From: Phoronis australis
Taxonomy: Eukaryota > Animalia > Phoronida
Direction: 5' to 3'
NCBI GenBank assembly: GCA_002633005.1
Contig: NMRA01001029.1
Span: 3,912 to 67,911 of the forward strand
Length of the DNA stretch: 64,000 bases
The position numbers and the translations under genes were made by a program. The number at the start of each line of letters is the position of its first letter. Position 1 is the first letter of the stretch. The notes below the pieces were generated by a model. It had not been told where the DNA came from. It worked only from the letters and a program-made list of their open reading frames with translations, and ran no database searches. This document shows positions 52,331 through 64,000 of the stretch, piece after piece.

Positions 52331-53082
52331 TAGTCGGGAACTATCTATTCATGAAACGGGTAACAAAAGCATCGGCAAATAAATATTGGCCCTAATTTCC
52401 GTTTCTAATACCGCAAAATACTTTTGCATTTTTAAGAGAAATTATTTAACTAATCGTAATTGGTGTTTTTAAGGTCAAAATGACCCACTTCGCACCCTTA
52501 CACCCCAAATCTTCCGGAAAATAGCTGTTACACTACGGTCACGCATGCACTCACCCGGCGACTCAATGAGTGACATACATGTATCCGTCTTACCGAAAAA
52601 ATTCTCGAACTTTTTTAGCAGACTGAGGCCAGCAAGTGCTAAGCTAAATATTAAAACACGCTCTGCTTGACTGCTTGACTTAATTTCTTTGGATACAATG
52701 CACACCTAGATCATTACATTACTCTGGCAAATGAACTCTGATGACAAGCACACGCACGCTTACTCTCACACACACGCATACAAACTTCAAAACAAACGTC
52801 ACGTGACAACAACATGTGTGTTTCTCCAGAGATTTTTATCGTGTTGCGGGCTACAATCTAGCGCAGATTTGGACTTAATCTGCAGTTAATCCAGACTCCA
52901 CAAGAAATTAAAAATCTTAGAGACGCTGTTTGGAAAACTTGAGGAGGATTTCAGGTAAGTTGTTGAGTCGAAGCTGTATTCTTATTCAAGAATTTAAGCC
53001 CACTCGACGATTGCGAGACCGGCAGCTACGCATTTGTCGGCAAGATTTCGCCCTGGGACTTCCAACACGATTTTATGAAAAA

Positions 53083-56048
53083 TGATGCACAGAAGTCAAG
53101 AGTGACTTTTTCACAGCAATTTCTCTTCAAAACTATGCTGTTTCCAATAAAATTCTCTAGATGAGTGACTTTCCTTAATTTATCGTGGACCCCACCCCCA
53201 GGACCACCAGCTCAGTTATCGAATTAACATGAATAAGCCTTAATTCAATAAATGTCGTAACATTGAACTGGAAAAAATTGACACCTAGAATGAATTTTAC
53301 TTGTTGAGATCAGAAGCACATTTAAGTGTCATGAAAAATACACATTGTTAAATCACTTTTAGCCTGTTTCACATATTTTAATTCAGATATTAAATAAGAC
53401 TTGGGTACAAAGGTTATTAGTTTCTACACATAAACATGAAGATGAAATGTCAAGTATGTTCTGCCTTACAAAAGTAGTTTTGTCTTGTCTTTTCTTTTAC
53501 AATTTGCTAATATTTCTATTCTGTTACAGGCAAGAAAAAACAACTGAAACCAACCGCCTGACCCTCTATTCCACCGTTGGACAAAGTGATTAAAAGCAAT
53601 CCTTCAGCAATAACCCGAGAGAATTGAACGTAATTCAGAAATTCAGCAAATGATATGCCTGATTATGGACTCCCTCGCAATGTTGTTTCTTTCTGTGCTT
53701 TTTCAGTTTGCCATTTGTTTTTAAATACACTGATAATTGTTTATTCTCGAATCTTGTGCATAGCAGATTCTTATCCAGCTAGCTACAATTGAAAACATCC
53801 AATAAGACAATCGATGCAGTCACTGAATGTCATTTCCCCATAATCTGTACCAAATTGAAAAGTTTTTACCAATAGTATAAAGCCTTTCTTCTAAAAGGAA
53901 AATTTAATGTCACTCAGCTTTTGGCTTTCTTTTCACTGGGTTCTAGTTTCAATGGCCTATAGAAGCGCTTGTAAAAAAGGTCCAGTTTCAACACGTGGCT
54001 TTCTTTCATGTAACCTCATTCAGCCTCAATAACATCCACAATTAGACCCTTGAAGGTAAACGCAGCAGCATATCACTTGAATCGTTTTGAGCCCAAAATC
54101 AGACTCTGAACTAGACCAGAGTGTGACTAGGTCTTTAGCTTCAGTCCCTCATGTTTCTTCCAGGAAAGGAAATAAGCTATTGTCCACACATGACTCATTG
54201 CCTATGAAAGGGCATCCTCACCAACAAGGCTTATTTGTGTAGCAGTCAGATATAGTTCGTCTGAATACACAGACAGTCCACTGGCTCATTGTCTTATGGT
54301 AACTTAGTACTGCGATTCACATTTCTCCAGGGCCACTGACTTGTATATTGTGCCATGCAGCACTGCTGGTGTGTGGAAGTGCTGTGGGAAGAGAACGGAG
54401 TAACAGCTTGAAGTGGCCTTAAAATGTCACTGAACCTGGAACAAATATTGAAATATGAATAATTGAGTACTCCAGATTGGATCAAAAATGTTATCACTAT
54501 TTTTCAAAAATATATTGTGATTGGTCTACAGTTTCACATAAAAGTAAATAATTACTATTTTCAGAAACCAATGGTGTATATAATGAGTATTGCATAAAAC
54601 TGTGTCTTTGTTTTTTATCCCTAGCCATAACAATTCTTTAAACGCATCACTTGTCTGTAAAATATAAAAGTTTTTTGAGACAACTTCAAACCTTTGTTAC
54701 CCATTTTCAAGCCTTTTTAATTTCGATACTTTCAGCAATTTTAAACTCAGATTACAGGTTCATGGGTCTGTCAAGCATACTTCTAGTCTAAGGTTGAGGG
54801 AACCGTTTTTCTTCTAATAGAAGATATGAAGACTTGGGTCACTTAAAAATGATGGATAATCTTTCTGTTGTTTAAGAGTAATTACAAATCACAAGGCACC
54901 ATCAAAAATGCAATTTTCACAAAAATGGGAGTCATTTGAATTTATAACGACTTGCAACATTTCAAGGCATGAGTTAAGACTGTTCAGTCACTGTGAATTC
55001 GGAAATTGTAATATATTTTCGTGGTTTTACAATTGATAGTAGCAAAGCAGTTTCATGAAATCAACTTGAAGGGACTTCGTGAAGGTTAAGAATTACCTCA
55101 CCATGCTCTTTTCCCCAAATATGTATTACCTGTTATTTCCTCACATTCAGTTGTACCAAATATTACAACCCCCCATGCCAATCCCCATCGGGACCTAAAT
55201 AAGTAATTTAACAAAATGACTTTAAAAATAGCTGTTCCTTTTCAAAGGTTTTGTTCGTTGTCTCCAATATTGAATGTAGGCTTTGACAACAAATCTGCTC
55301 TGGATGGGAAGATCTTGTTGGTTAGCTGCAGTCAAATGCTAAAAACCAATTTTTGTCCATTCAGCGACGGTGCAGAAGCGATGCATATCTCCTCTGCACG
55401 GTACAAGCCTTCAAACCTAAAAACCAAAGGTTACGTGAAAACCGACGTGATAGATTTCCATTTCAACGTGTAATAGATTTCCAGAAGACATATGATAGGG
55501 AGTAAACAAATAGTCTAATGCAATGGATATCTATCACTCACGTACCCTTTGCCATTGGAATTGGATTGTAATCTTAACTCATTAACCTGTATCGAGTTGA
55601 CAGCATAAACATTCAGCATTAATTGATGTAACTGTCACTGATAAACTTTTAGAAATCATTCCTAACAATAATAATGCTTTGATGTACGAAAAGATCCCGA
55701 TTGCTACGTCAAGTATCGTATCACATATCACAACATACAAAGATTAACCAGACTCTGGCTGGCGACTGACTGCCGCGAAGTCGACATCGGCGAGTGCCTC
55801 AGTTAACAGGCATCGGTAGAATAATCATGGAATAATCGTTAAAATAATCAAAAACCTTACCTTTGTATGAGGTCGTGCTTACTTCCTCTCACAGAAGCAC
55901 CCTTTTTACGCAATCTCAGATTCACTAGTTGGCACGGCTGCAAGCCATTTCACCATGTATTTAAAGGGCTCGCGAAATCGAGGCTGCTAATCTATCACCA
56001 CTAGTACACGCACGCCCTCTAGTTATTGTAGATTTTCCGAATAGCCCC
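53083..56048 (-). mobile_element. Second, truncated copy of the ISL2EU-like element (inverted relative to 11224-14717)
   Basis: High-identity reverse complement of about 11224-14181; ORFs 11796-12056 and 55216-55473 are nearly identical. Ends ...CCGAATAGCCCC|ATT. Confidence 0.9.
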
Positions 56049-58039
56049 ATTCAATGACATAACCAAAACAATGCCTATAAGACTAAACTCACCAATTACA
56101 AGGACGCAATAAATAAATACCCAAAACCCAAAGGATAAAAACCTAGTTAAACCACCAACAACCGCAACAGACCAAGAGACCACTTGGCCACCGTACCAGC
56201 AACCCACTAGCACGATACCACTCCCCTATCCAACCTTCCCCCCCGGACCTACGGAAAATGCCCTGGTCAGGTAAAGGTTTTCAAGAAAAGTGGTTGAATA
56301 CTCCTAGAAAAACCTAACCAGTGCCGACTACGCCAGTTGTTGTATTACTGCAGGTTCACTAGTTAGGCCTCTAGAAGTACTCACCAGTTAAAGTCCTTCA
56401 CGCGTTGTTAACCCTTCATTACCAGCAATTCGTAAACTAGGTCATCCGCCAGGTTCTCTGCGTAAACTAGGTCATCGCTTATGGACCAGTTTGCGCTTCA
56501 CTCTCCGCGTGCATGTCTACAGGAGAGAAGCACCAGGAAGGTTGTTCTACATTTTGTAGCCCAAAATTACCAAAGTTCAAATATATTCCGTTAAAAAGGA
56601 AAGACAAAACATATTACCACAGATATCTGGCCAATATCATGAGTCACCACTCGTAAGCAAATCAAAGCTGTCCTTACTCGTTGCCTTATCTCGCACTACC
56701 TCAATCGGCTAGTTTTCAGTTCGCAATGCAACAATTCTCATGAATTCAACTTGTAATGACACCTTTCAATTTTAAACCATGCCCGAAGTACTCGGAAACA
56801 AATTATTGTTAGGTACAACGAGGTCTTTTTCTCTCAAGTGGATGATCGTAAACACCTCAGGTGAGTTTTCCGCAAACTAGCTACTTTGGTTTAGAGCTGA
56901 ATTTTAGCTCCCATAATATGGGCCGGGCCGGTCCGGGCCGGGCCGGTCAAGGGCCAATCCCTGTTATACCCAATACTTAAAGCATTGGAATCAAACTGTT
57001 ATATATAGAAAAAAAACGTTTATTAGTATACTGGTGTGAATATTAATCAGTGATTTAACCAAAAACTTCGAATTAACTAGACCCACTAATGATAGTCTAT
57101 GATGATCAACTGATATCAAAAGGCGAAAATTGGCAATTTTCGGCCACCCTATGTTAAATACAAAATTTTGTCTAATTTTCTTCAAACTCATACATTTCAA
57201 TCTTGATTATACTGACATCTGTTGGGTCTATCGGCAACTAACCGCACATGAAAGGCTTGGTCGAAAATTATCGTTTTCTCACATGCACTTTCGGGTTTTT
57301 AGCGGCTGTTCCACTGATCGAAGCGACAAAATAAGCCAAAACTTTAGCCATACCATGTTAAACATATTTTTTCCAATTTTGCTGAAACTTGGCCACGTTT
57401 TTAACAAAATACTTATCTATGTTATGTGCTATCGGCAAATGTGATTGATTCATAAATAAGACCCTCACGCTGTATTTTCTGCAAAACCCATGTATTCTGA
57501 AGGGGGCTGAGTGATTTTCGCGCATGCGCAGTTTACGGTTTCAATATTGCTGGTAATGTAGTATTACATGGTTAGAAGATGTTATAAGGATCCAAGAAGT
57601 ACCTACCCCATAACTAATACACGATCCGTACTCGAAAACAGTTTAAATGAACGCGCCACTCACGAATCGCACCCGAAGAAACACCGCCATTTTGAACTTG
57701 CCGAACCCGGAAGTACAATTCATTCAGGAACCCAGGCCGAGAAAACGCCGTCAGTGCGACTGGAGCAGTGCCTGTACTGTTACCAGTCAGCAAACGGGGA
57801 TAAAATAATCGACAGCGTGCCTTAATTTTGATAAAATCAAACTAAGGACAATTTTATGGAATTTGCTGAAGAAATGTGGCGAATAAATTTTGACAGAAAT
57901 TATTTTGCCAGACTCGGGACCGCAGCCTATCGGACCCGGTGCGGATCGAGACCAGACACTGGCGAACGGTAAATGCATGCGGTTGCAAGCTGTTTTGTCG
58001 AAGTAAAATGGTCAAATGATAAATGCTGCATATATTCAA

Positions 58040-58322
58040 NNNNNNNNNNNNNNNNNNNNNNNNNNNNNNNNNNNNNNNNNNNNNNNNNNNNNNNNNNNNN
58101 NNNNNNNNNNNNNNNNNNNNNNNNNNNNNNNNNNNNNNNNNNNNNNNNNNNNNNNNNNNNNNNNNNNNNNNNNNNNNNNNNNNNNNNNNNNNNNNNNNNN
58201 NNNNNNNNNNNNNNNNNNNNNNNNNNNNNNNNNNNNNNNNNNNNNNNNNNNNNNNNNNNNNNNNNNNNNNNNNNNNNNNNNNNNNNNNNNNNNNNNNNNN
58301 NNNNNNNNNNNNNNNNNNNNNN
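58040..58322. other. Assembly gap (N run)
   Basis: Run of N characters. Confidence 1.
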
Positions 58323-60903
58323 ACCCGCCTACGTAAGGAACTAAACACCAATGCTATTTTAACATACTAAGTACGCGTAACATTCCAAAAAAATCAACCA
58401 CCACTAACTACAAACTATAAATACACTACATATGCAAACGAATCACGATATATTACTAATAAAACAAAATAATGAAGACTTTTCGAGCAAGCCATAGCAC
58501 ATTCAGTTACAAGGAAAAAATGGCGGCGTTCAGGACAAGTTCCTGAACCGATGAGCCGGAAATGTGGGTACGGAAATAACCGATGACAACCGGTAATCAT
58601 ACGCTCAGAGAGAAGGGTCAAATACTGCTAAAAAATCGCTTTTGGCAAGAAAGGCGAAAAGAATATAAAGAAAGGGTGTCGAAAATAAGAATTTATGTAG
58701 TAAGTATTTTCGGATACTGGAACCACATGGGCAGTTTGCAAGAAGGACTTTAAAACACAGCTGTTCAAGTTCCAGTAAAACCCAATCCAGGTGCCCATCC
58801 CTGACATCCTGATTGCTTGCTGAAAGACTGCCACCAGGGTTCCTGCCAGCAGTTTAAATAAAACAAGCATCCGGGGAACCATAAAACTGACAAATCACAA
58901 GACACCACAGAAAGATAAAGGACGAATGATGTTGACGATTACAACATAGATCTGGACTAATGAAGTGGAAAGGTAATAGCTAGCACTACTTTCTTAACAA
59001 CGGTGGTTGTTATTACACCCAAATTGGTTTTCTCTGGCATCTGCACAGAGTTAAAGCCTGCATCGTGGACAGTAGTTTCAACTTGGTACATTTTAAATAT
59101 TACAAAGACTAAAATGTTAATTTGTGTTGACCTTGACAAAGGACCACTTTCCAAAGGAACGTTGGTTTTAAATATGGTACATACCTGTTTTCATTACTTT
59201 ATTTTTAATACTCCTGTCTACTTGTTTTTTTCTTACCGGTTAGAGTTGCTGTCTCTTTATCTTGTTTTTAAGTATCAAAACAATTTAGAAGTCAATTAAT
59301 TGTGAACCCATCCCTGAATTTTCCAGATTACAGCTACACCAAAGATGTCACAGCAAACAAAACTTCACGTGTCATTACAATTAAAGTTCAATCTCTTTAT
59401 TTGAACTCAAGTCATAAAATAACAAAAGTGCAAATATGGTCATAGTCAAACTGAAGATTTGGAACCTCTGGACAATTTTGGTTGCAGTAACTACATAACT
59501 ATTCTAGCTTTTCCTCAGTCATAAAAATGAAATTACAGCTCTTTCCCACCGACCAACCTCATGCAGACAGTGCTTGTATGCACTCTCTCGTTGACTACAA
59601 AGCTAGCCATCTTCTTGTCTTCACAAGTGTTCCATTACAACTACAATTAGTTAACTATCGAAGTTGCCACATTTCCGCGAATATTAGTTTTCCGGTTAGT
59701 GTACTACTCTTCGAGTGAAGCAGTTCGGCATGCACTGGGCCATAGCCCATAAGCGATGTTTTAAAAGTTATTTACAACAAATTTAGTCATTGTGTGTTGT
59801 TTTCAGATGTTTCAATATAGCTTAGTTGTATATTAAAAGAATAATCCACGTTAATCAACGTTTGTAAATCCACCGAGTTTATCAATACACGCAGACGTAT
59901 ATCTCCAATCGTACCCAATGTTCGTAGTTTTTAGCTAATAGTTCGTCGATTTTTAAAAATCGAAAACCAAACTTGGTTGTTCTTTTCCACCTGAATACCG
60001 CTGTGGTATTTGTTTTTAACGAAAAGTGTTGGTTAATGCATTTTAAAAATTCGACATCTTATGGTCGGGTAATTACTCTTAACTGAGTCTTGCTCGCACC
60101 GGACAATGTGGTCATCGCAATTGAGTCCAACTCTGGCGCCGCGCTCTCTTTGATCCTTGTAAAAGCCGCTCAGAAGGACGAGCGGTGAAAAGTCACGCAT
60201 AGGTTTAGAAATGCGTGACTTTCACGTAAGCGTATTATTCACGGCATGTGACTACTAGAGAACTTATTGAATGAATGAACCCAAATCACTATTAATTGTT
60301 ATTAATTGTTATTGTGTCTCATTATCAAGTAACAAATGAAACTCACTTCGGGCTGAGTACATGTTACTATTTGTATTTTAAAATTTAAGAAGTCAGGCTC
60401 CCAAATTTTACTAGAAATTACTTGATTATTTGATTTTATTTAGCTCAGTGCATAAATTGAATCGTAATCAATCTGTTTAACGGTGACGTGGGTTGGAAAA
60501 TTTGTGGTGTTAAAAGAGAAAAAGCGATTTTGCGTTTTCGGAATAGAAGCCATTAATTTCGGCTGAAAATAGCCGATTGACAAAACAATATTTTTGTATA
60601 ATTACAATCCATTGGACTGGATCATTACATCGGAGAGTGCTTCTTGTTGCTTAAACATTTGAAGGATTCTCTAGGACGAAATTTGGTTAGCTTTTTTCGG
60701 TATGTTATAACTTAGACCCTCAAAGTGGCGTATTATGTCAGCTACCACTGCATCTAAAAAGAACTTCTGAATGTCTGCCTACCTCAATCACCAATGAATG
60801 CACATAACATCTAATATCATCTCTATCAATGTACTGAAGGTAGCTAAACACATGTGAGATTTAAAAGTACGCTACTCCTGCATAATTAAATGAATACGTA
60901 ATA

Positions 60904-60905
<2 letters not shown>

Positions 60906-60935
<30 letters not shown>

Positions 60936-60945
60936 NGTGTGTGTG
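60906..60945. repeat. (GT)n microsatellite
   Basis: About 20 GT units. Confidence 0.95.
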
Positions 60946-61534
60946 GTTATGTGAGTGCATGCGAGGCTGTTCCGGAAAACAGAGCTTCAGTAGCCTACAC
61001 AGGTATCTCCATTCTGCCTACAACTGTGGCAGAAAATCAACGCTCTCACTCAGTTTTAACTTTTCATTGTCATGCTATAAAATTTTGCGTTATTACTATC
61101 CTTGTGATGATTGTTTTAAAAATAAAGTGAAACGGTATGGAGTTTTTCACCATAGTGCTTCTTCTTCAACTCATTCTTCATTACAAACGACCAGGGCCCG
61201 AAATCGAACCCAAAATCACATTTTGACACTAAGATTGAACCCCGGGCACTGATATGCGACCGTTTTTCGAAAGTGACTCAAATAAACTACATGCATACTT
61301 CTTAGAGTCCCAAAGCTGCGACTTTTAAAATTAATAACGATTTTTTGTTATTGAAGTCTTAAGAGAAATAATTACCACTTTTAAAGGTACACTTATCCCT
61401 CACAGGGTAATGCCTTCCTGGTACCACGTATTTGAATGTGTTTGATGTTGGGATTTTGTTGTAAATGATAAATATCCTACGAGAAATGATTTGCCTGAAA
61501 ACACATAGCTTTGGATTTCATATTGCCAGTTTTA

Positions 61535-62295
61535 AAAAACAGACTCAAACCAGTAAATATGGCCACTAGGTGGCGCAAAGTAGGTCGAATCCATCTGAAA
61601 ATGGAAAGATAGCGTTGCCTCACTAACAAAAGCCTGTACACCAAATTTTATGAAAATAGGTTCAGGACCTTTGAAGATACAGAGGTACATGTAAAAAAAA
61701 TAAAAGTGCCACTATGTGGCATACCAGTAATCGGATCTGTCCGAAAGTCGTCGTCGTCCTTTGTCATCATTATATAAATACACTTACTAAATTTAGTAAA
61801 GATCCTGCAAACGGTTTAGGAGATATAGCCATAGGTGCAAAAAAACAAAATTGCCACTAGGAGGCGGCACAGTAGTCAAAATCGTCGGAAAATCATCGTC
61901 AACCGTCCTCTTCATAGTAGGAGCATACATGCCTATTTTCACAATCACGCTTAGAGCGGTTTGGTTGATAGAGGGGTGGACGCTAAAAAACAGACTTGAA
62001 AACAGTAAAAATGGCCACTAGGTGGTGCAAACTACGTCGAGTCCATCCGAAAACTAAGGATAGCGGTGTCTCACTAATAGATGCCTATATATCAAATTTT
62101 GTGAAAATATGTTGAGGACCTTAGGTAAGCGTAAAAAAATTAAAATTGCCACTAGGGGCACACCCGTAGTCGGATCCGTCTGAAAGTTCGCTCATGCCGT
62201 CCCATCCATTAAAGGAACACATGCGCCCGGACAGACAGATGAAAAGAGATGACAGCATAATGCGTCCACATATCAATATGTGGGCGCATAAAAAG
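61535..62295. mobile_element. Helentron-associated (HINE/DINE-like) repeat with internal units of about 150 bp
   Basis: Internal repeat (61535 region matches 61985 region), a GGACAGACAGA microsatellite seed, and a terminal hairpin ATGCGTCCACATA..TATGTGGGCGCAT followed by an A run. Confidence 0.45.
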
Positions 62296-62661
62296 GTAGG
62301 AATCACTAGGAGGTTTATCAGTATTCCAAAATGACAACAAATGATTAACTAGGATAAAATATAATAAAATATCAGAACAAGCAGAAGTCATCACGTGATA
62401 CCATCATTACTACTTCACACAACTGATAATTTTGTTGATAATCTAATTAATCTGCTAATAACAGCTACCAACACAACCATATCTTCAATCTCTACATAAA
62501 ATAGCATAAAGGCTTCTACACTAATTCAACTTTAGCTTATCTTCATAATCCATCAAATAAAGCATTCATGGAGTTATGATCATGTTAAAATCTGATTACT
62601 AATAAATAAAATCCCAAAGACATCACGCACGAAACAACACTGCACTAAAATATTAAGGTCA

Positions 62662-63103
62662 CACAACAAGCATGGGTGTCACATAGCATCAACACACCAA
62701 GAAGTATGGGTGTCAAATAGCCCTTATACACCAAGAAGTATGAGTGTCATATAACACCAATAGAACAAGAAGTATGGGTGTCAAAGAGCACCAATACAAG
62801 AAGTATGGGTGTCAAATTGCACCAATATAAGAAGTATGGGTGTCAAATAGCACAAACATAAGAATAAGTATGGGTGTCAAATAGCACCAATAGAACAAGA
62901 AGTATGGGTGTCAAATAGTCCTTATACACCAAGAAGTATGAGTGTCATATAACACCAATATAAGAAAAAGTATGGGTGTCAAATAGCACCAATACAACAA
63001 GAAGTATGGGTGTCAAATAGCACTAATATACCAGGAAGTATGGGTGTCACATAGCACCAGAACACAAATTAGTATGGGTGTCATACACCACCAATACACC
63101 AAG
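62662..63103. repeat. 34-bp minisatellite, 13 units
   Basis: AAGTATGGGTGTCAAATAGCACCAATA core at a 34-bp period (two intervals of 31 bp). Confidence 0.95.
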
Positions 63104-63420
63104 TTCTGGTGATATAGAGTACTGACCAAAAATAACAGCAGTAAAACGGTTGCATATTCGCAAACATGATGACTTAAATTCAAGCAACTACCAATGACAT
63201 TGCTGTAGCTGCAACAGCAACATGGCTGACTGTCTGCACATGCAATTCACCTGACTACAGCCAAACACTTGAACTTGAGTAACTGACTACCAACACATAA
63301 GCCACTTCACTACAACTAAACACTTTTACTTACAGTAACTAACTCTAAATACATGTCACTCCACTACCACACTCGTATTTCAGTATCCAACAGCTAGTCT
63401 CCAAATAGATGTCACTTTCC

Positions 63421-63675
63421 TCAGCACTTGTATCTTTCATAGGTTCTGGTTAAGAGCTTGGTGATCTCCTCACAAAGTACGTACCATTTCTTGTCGTCTT
63501 CTTCCTTCTGTTGGTCTGGGTGGTAGTGGCTGACTGCTATGATGAATCCTTTCTTGAAATTCTTGTTCTTCAAAGAGTCTTGGTCAATGTTGCACTTAGC
63601 AGCCTTAGGTTTAGGTGGGTGGGTCTTGTATACAAAGCGAAGGAATGCCTCGTCACCAGCCTCACTCTTTTCATT
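63421..63675 (-). CDS. Last exon of a tandem paralog of the TPR/J-domain-like gene (rest lies beyond the window)
   Basis: Acceptor gttgcag|AAT, 255 nt like exon 5. 49 of 84 aa identical by hand count, including FVYKTHPPKPK, HYHPDQQKE and LCEEITK. Confidence 0.9.
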   Translation of the reverse strand, partial: NEKSEAGDEAFLRFVYKTHPPKPKAAKCNIDQDSLKNKNFKKGFIIAVSHYHPDQQKEEDDKKWYVLCEEITKLLTRTYERYKC

Positions 63676-64000
63676 CTGCAACACAGGCAAGTCACCTTGT
63701 TGTGAAAAGTACCCAATGACAACAACAACAACAACACATATCCCAATATTTATTACATCAGTTCTTCGATAAGAAAATGAAATAATGAATGTGCATGACT
63801 GAAGAAAATTAAGGCAGGTGGATACAAAAAATAATTAATTTTGAGTGTTTTTTGCCTTTTTACGTTAACCTAATCTTTAATTGTTGATGCACAGTATAGT
63901 GAAAAAAAAAAACAAAATCATTCTGAAAATCCAAAGTTGTTTTTTATTTATATTTGATCAATCTTCAGTAAGTCATATGGGTTAGGGTTAGGGTTGGGGT

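Noticed and set aside
57854-58370. ORFs spanning the N run
   Set aside because: Artefacts of the assembly gap.
62662-63103. CRISPR-like repeat-spacer appearance
   Set aside because: Intervening segments are only about 11-14 nt and homologous to each other. There are no cas genes and the context is eukaryotic, so this is a minisatellite.
63978-64000. True telomere
   Set aside because: Only 2-3 TTAGGG units at the window edge, inside an intron of the paralog.

Overview
Eukaryotic (metazoan, probably marine invertebrate) genomic DNA of about 40% GC, transposon-rich, with one assembly gap (58040-58322). One host gene can be rebuilt by hand on the minus strand: five exons (47119-46438, 46171-46059, 38816-38675, 27769-27642, 18705-18451) giving 1320 nt, 439 aa. 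It has TPR-like helical repeats, a coiled coil and a C-terminal HPD J-domain-like module, and one intron appears to use a GC donor. The last exon of a tandem paralog lies at 63421-63675. Most of the rest is decayed, nested transposons: Kolobok, ISL2EU-like, hAT/hAT5, Academ, a CAC...GTG element, Gypsy, BEL/Pao, L2/CR1-group LINEs, Penelope-like elements with minimal hammerhead ribozymes, and a Helentron-like repeat with CTCF-like motifs. No CRISPR array or prokaryotic operon was found. All family assignments come from motif recognition by eye, not database searches.
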